Positions 62,415-64,000 of a DNA stretch of 64,000 nucleotides are shown here, in pieces. The stretch lies in the NCBI GenBank assembly GCA_963745235.1, contig CAVUXE010000028.1, positions 111,449 through 175,448 of the forward strand. Direction: 5' to 3'. Source of the DNA: an uncultured Spirochaetota bacterium (lineage in GTDB: Bacteria > Spirochaetota > Spirochaetia > SZUA-6 > Fen-1364). A program made the position numbers and the translations under genes. Each line of letters begins with the position of its first letter. Positions within the stretch are counted from its first letter, which is position 1. The notes under the pieces were generated by a model. The model did no database searches. It saw only the letters and a list, made by a program, of their open reading frames with translations, and was not told the DNA's origin.

Positions 62415-62473
62415 TTGACAATGCTCCATTGCGGCTATGTTCTGTCGAAATAATGACTGACTGTTCAGTCATT
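62415..62473 (+). promoter_or_regulatory. -35 box and TetR operator
   Basis: TTGACA at 62415; inverted repeat AATGACTGA-CTGT-TCAGTCATT (62452-62473) directly before the TetR gene. Confidence 0.72.
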
Positions 62474-62475
62474 TT

Positions 62476-63138
62476 ATGGAGAGAGCCATGAAGGCAATGA
62501 ATTCCCGGCGAGTGAAGGCTGCCAAAACCTCCCCGCGCCGGCGGGAGCAGAAGCTGCATCGCCAGGAGGAAATCCTGGCGGCCGCCTTCGAAGTCTTCGC
62601 TGCCCACGGGTACGAGGCCGCCCGCATCGACGAAGTCGCCCGGCAGGCCGGAATCGCCAAAGGGACGATCTACCTCTATTTCCGTGACAAGGAGCAGCTC
62701 TTTCGGGCGGTGGTGCGAAGCCTGGTGCAAAAGCGATTTGACGTCCTCGCAGGAACCTTCCAGGGGACGGCGGAGCAGTTGCTGCGCGCGCTGCTATCGC
62801 GGATGTATAGCCAGGTCGTGAGGAACGAAAAGGTTCGCTCCATCGTCCGCCTGCTGATCGCCGAAAGCGGAAGATTTCCCCAACTTGCCGAGATCTACCA
62901 TCGCGAAATTATTGCCCCGGGAATGAAGGCGATGCGCCAGGTGCTGAGGCGAGGAATCGCCTCGGGCGAATTCCGGAAAACCGCGGCCGTGGAATTCCCG
63001 CAGATTCTGGCGGCGCCGGCAGTCCTGGCGATGGTGTGGAGATTGCTTCACGGGGAGCGCCACCGGCTCGACCTTGATGCCTACAGCAAGGCGCACTTGG
63101 AGTTCGTGCTGGGCAGCCTGCGGAAGCAACCGGATTGA
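62476..63138 (+). CDS. TetR/AcrR family regulator
   Basis: GYEAARIDEVARQAGIAKGTIYLYFRDKEQLF. Confidence 0.94.
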   Translation: MERAMKAMNSRRVKAAKTSPRRREQKLHRQEEILAAAFEVFAAHGYEAARIDEVARQAGIAKGTIYLYFRDKEQLFRAVVRSLVQKRFDVLAGTFQGTAEQLLRALLSRMYSQVVRNEKVRSIVRLLIAESGRFPQLAEIYHREIIAPGMKAMRQVLRRGIASGEFRKTAAVEFPQILAAPAVLAMVWRLLHGERHRLDLDAYSKAHLEFVLGSLRKQPD

Positions 63139-63181
63139 AAGCCGCGAGGTGATCGAGGCGGCGCGGCAAAGGAGAAGTTCC

Positions 63182-64000
63182 ATGCGGTCGAGGGCAAGGT
63201 GGATCACGTTGTTTGTGGCGTTGTCGTTTGCGGCGGGGACGCCCGTGCGATGCGCAACAGACCCCTCCGCGGCGGCTGACGCTGAGGGACGCAATCGGTT
63301 TGGCGCTGAAGCAGAACCTCAGCGTGCGCGTGGCGAGTGCGCAGGTGGAGGAATTGGAAGGCACGCGCGACCGGCGGCGGGCTTCCCTGCTGCCGCACGT
63401 CAACGGGGACGCGTTAGCCAACCGCGAGAATATCGATTTGGGCGCCATGGGAATTTCCTTTCCCGAGGTTCCTGACCGTCGTCGGTCCGTTCGCGCACTA
63501 CGATTTCCGCCTCTCGGCGAGCCAATCCTTGATTGACCGCCACTCCTACCACAACTGGAAGGCCAGCGAAAAACAAGAGGAGGCCGCCAAGCTCGATTAT
63601 CAGGACGCGCGCGATTTGGTGATCCGCCAGGCCGCCGGGCTTTATCTTGACGCCCAGGCTTCCGCCGCGGAGGTGGAAGCGGCGGAAAGTCGCGTGACGA
63701 CTTCGCAAACCCTGGAGAAATTGGCGCGCGACCAACACGCCCAGGGACTGGCAACCGCTGTGGACGAGGTTCGCGCCCAGGTGCAACTGGCGCGGGACCA
63801 GCAGAACCTGCTGGTGGCGCGCAACACCTATCAGACTTCCCTGCTCGTCCTTGCCCATTTCCTCGGACTGAGCCCCGGCGCCCCGCTGGACTTGGCCGAG
63901 CCCTTGAAATTCCATCACGTGGAATCAGCCGACGCCGACCAGGCGCTGCACACCGCCCTCGAGGCGCGATCCGATTACGCCGCGCTTCTCAAGCAACGAG
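63182..64000 (+). CDS. TolC-family outer-membrane protein, frameshifted, runs off the right edge
   Basis: Signal peptide, LTLRDAIGLALKQN, RASLLP, then ARDLVIRQAAGLYL, GLATAVDEVRAQVQL across two frame changes. Confidence 0.8.

Noticed and set aside
1-64000. Mobile elements, rRNA, tRNA, defence systems
   Set aside because: No transposase, integrase, terminal repeats, RNA-gene signatures or recognisable defence genes were found by eye.

Overview
GC-rich bacterial DNA that reads like a long-read metagenomic contig: many otherwise intact genes carry single-base frameshifts. Bases 1 to ~59,060 look Spirochaetia-like (inference from spirochaete-style lipoprotein and sugar-binding-protein leaders). 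This part holds a beta-galactosidase/ABC/two-component cluster, a ROK-linked aminotransferase + ABC importer + two deacetylases operon, a TetR-MMPL-LolA-like-barrel-PadR operon, a BspA-type LRR lipoprotein, an ankyrin protein, a XylFGH-type importer, metal-related genes, several signalling cassettes, trxB, GntR, a sigma-70 factor and TolC. The standout is a cytoplasmic histidine kinase whose input domain is a sugar-ABC ATPase fold (37488-39329). It is coupled to an NtrC-type activator and sits divergently from a xylFGH-like operon with a consensus sigma-54 promoter, which suggests a transporter-coupled signalling circuit. At ~59,060 two 5'-truncated genes meet back to back and the gene style changes (Acidobacteria-like), suggesting a chimeric join. 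No rRNA, tRNA, CRISPR array or transposase was recognised. All family calls are from motif recognition by eye, not database searches.
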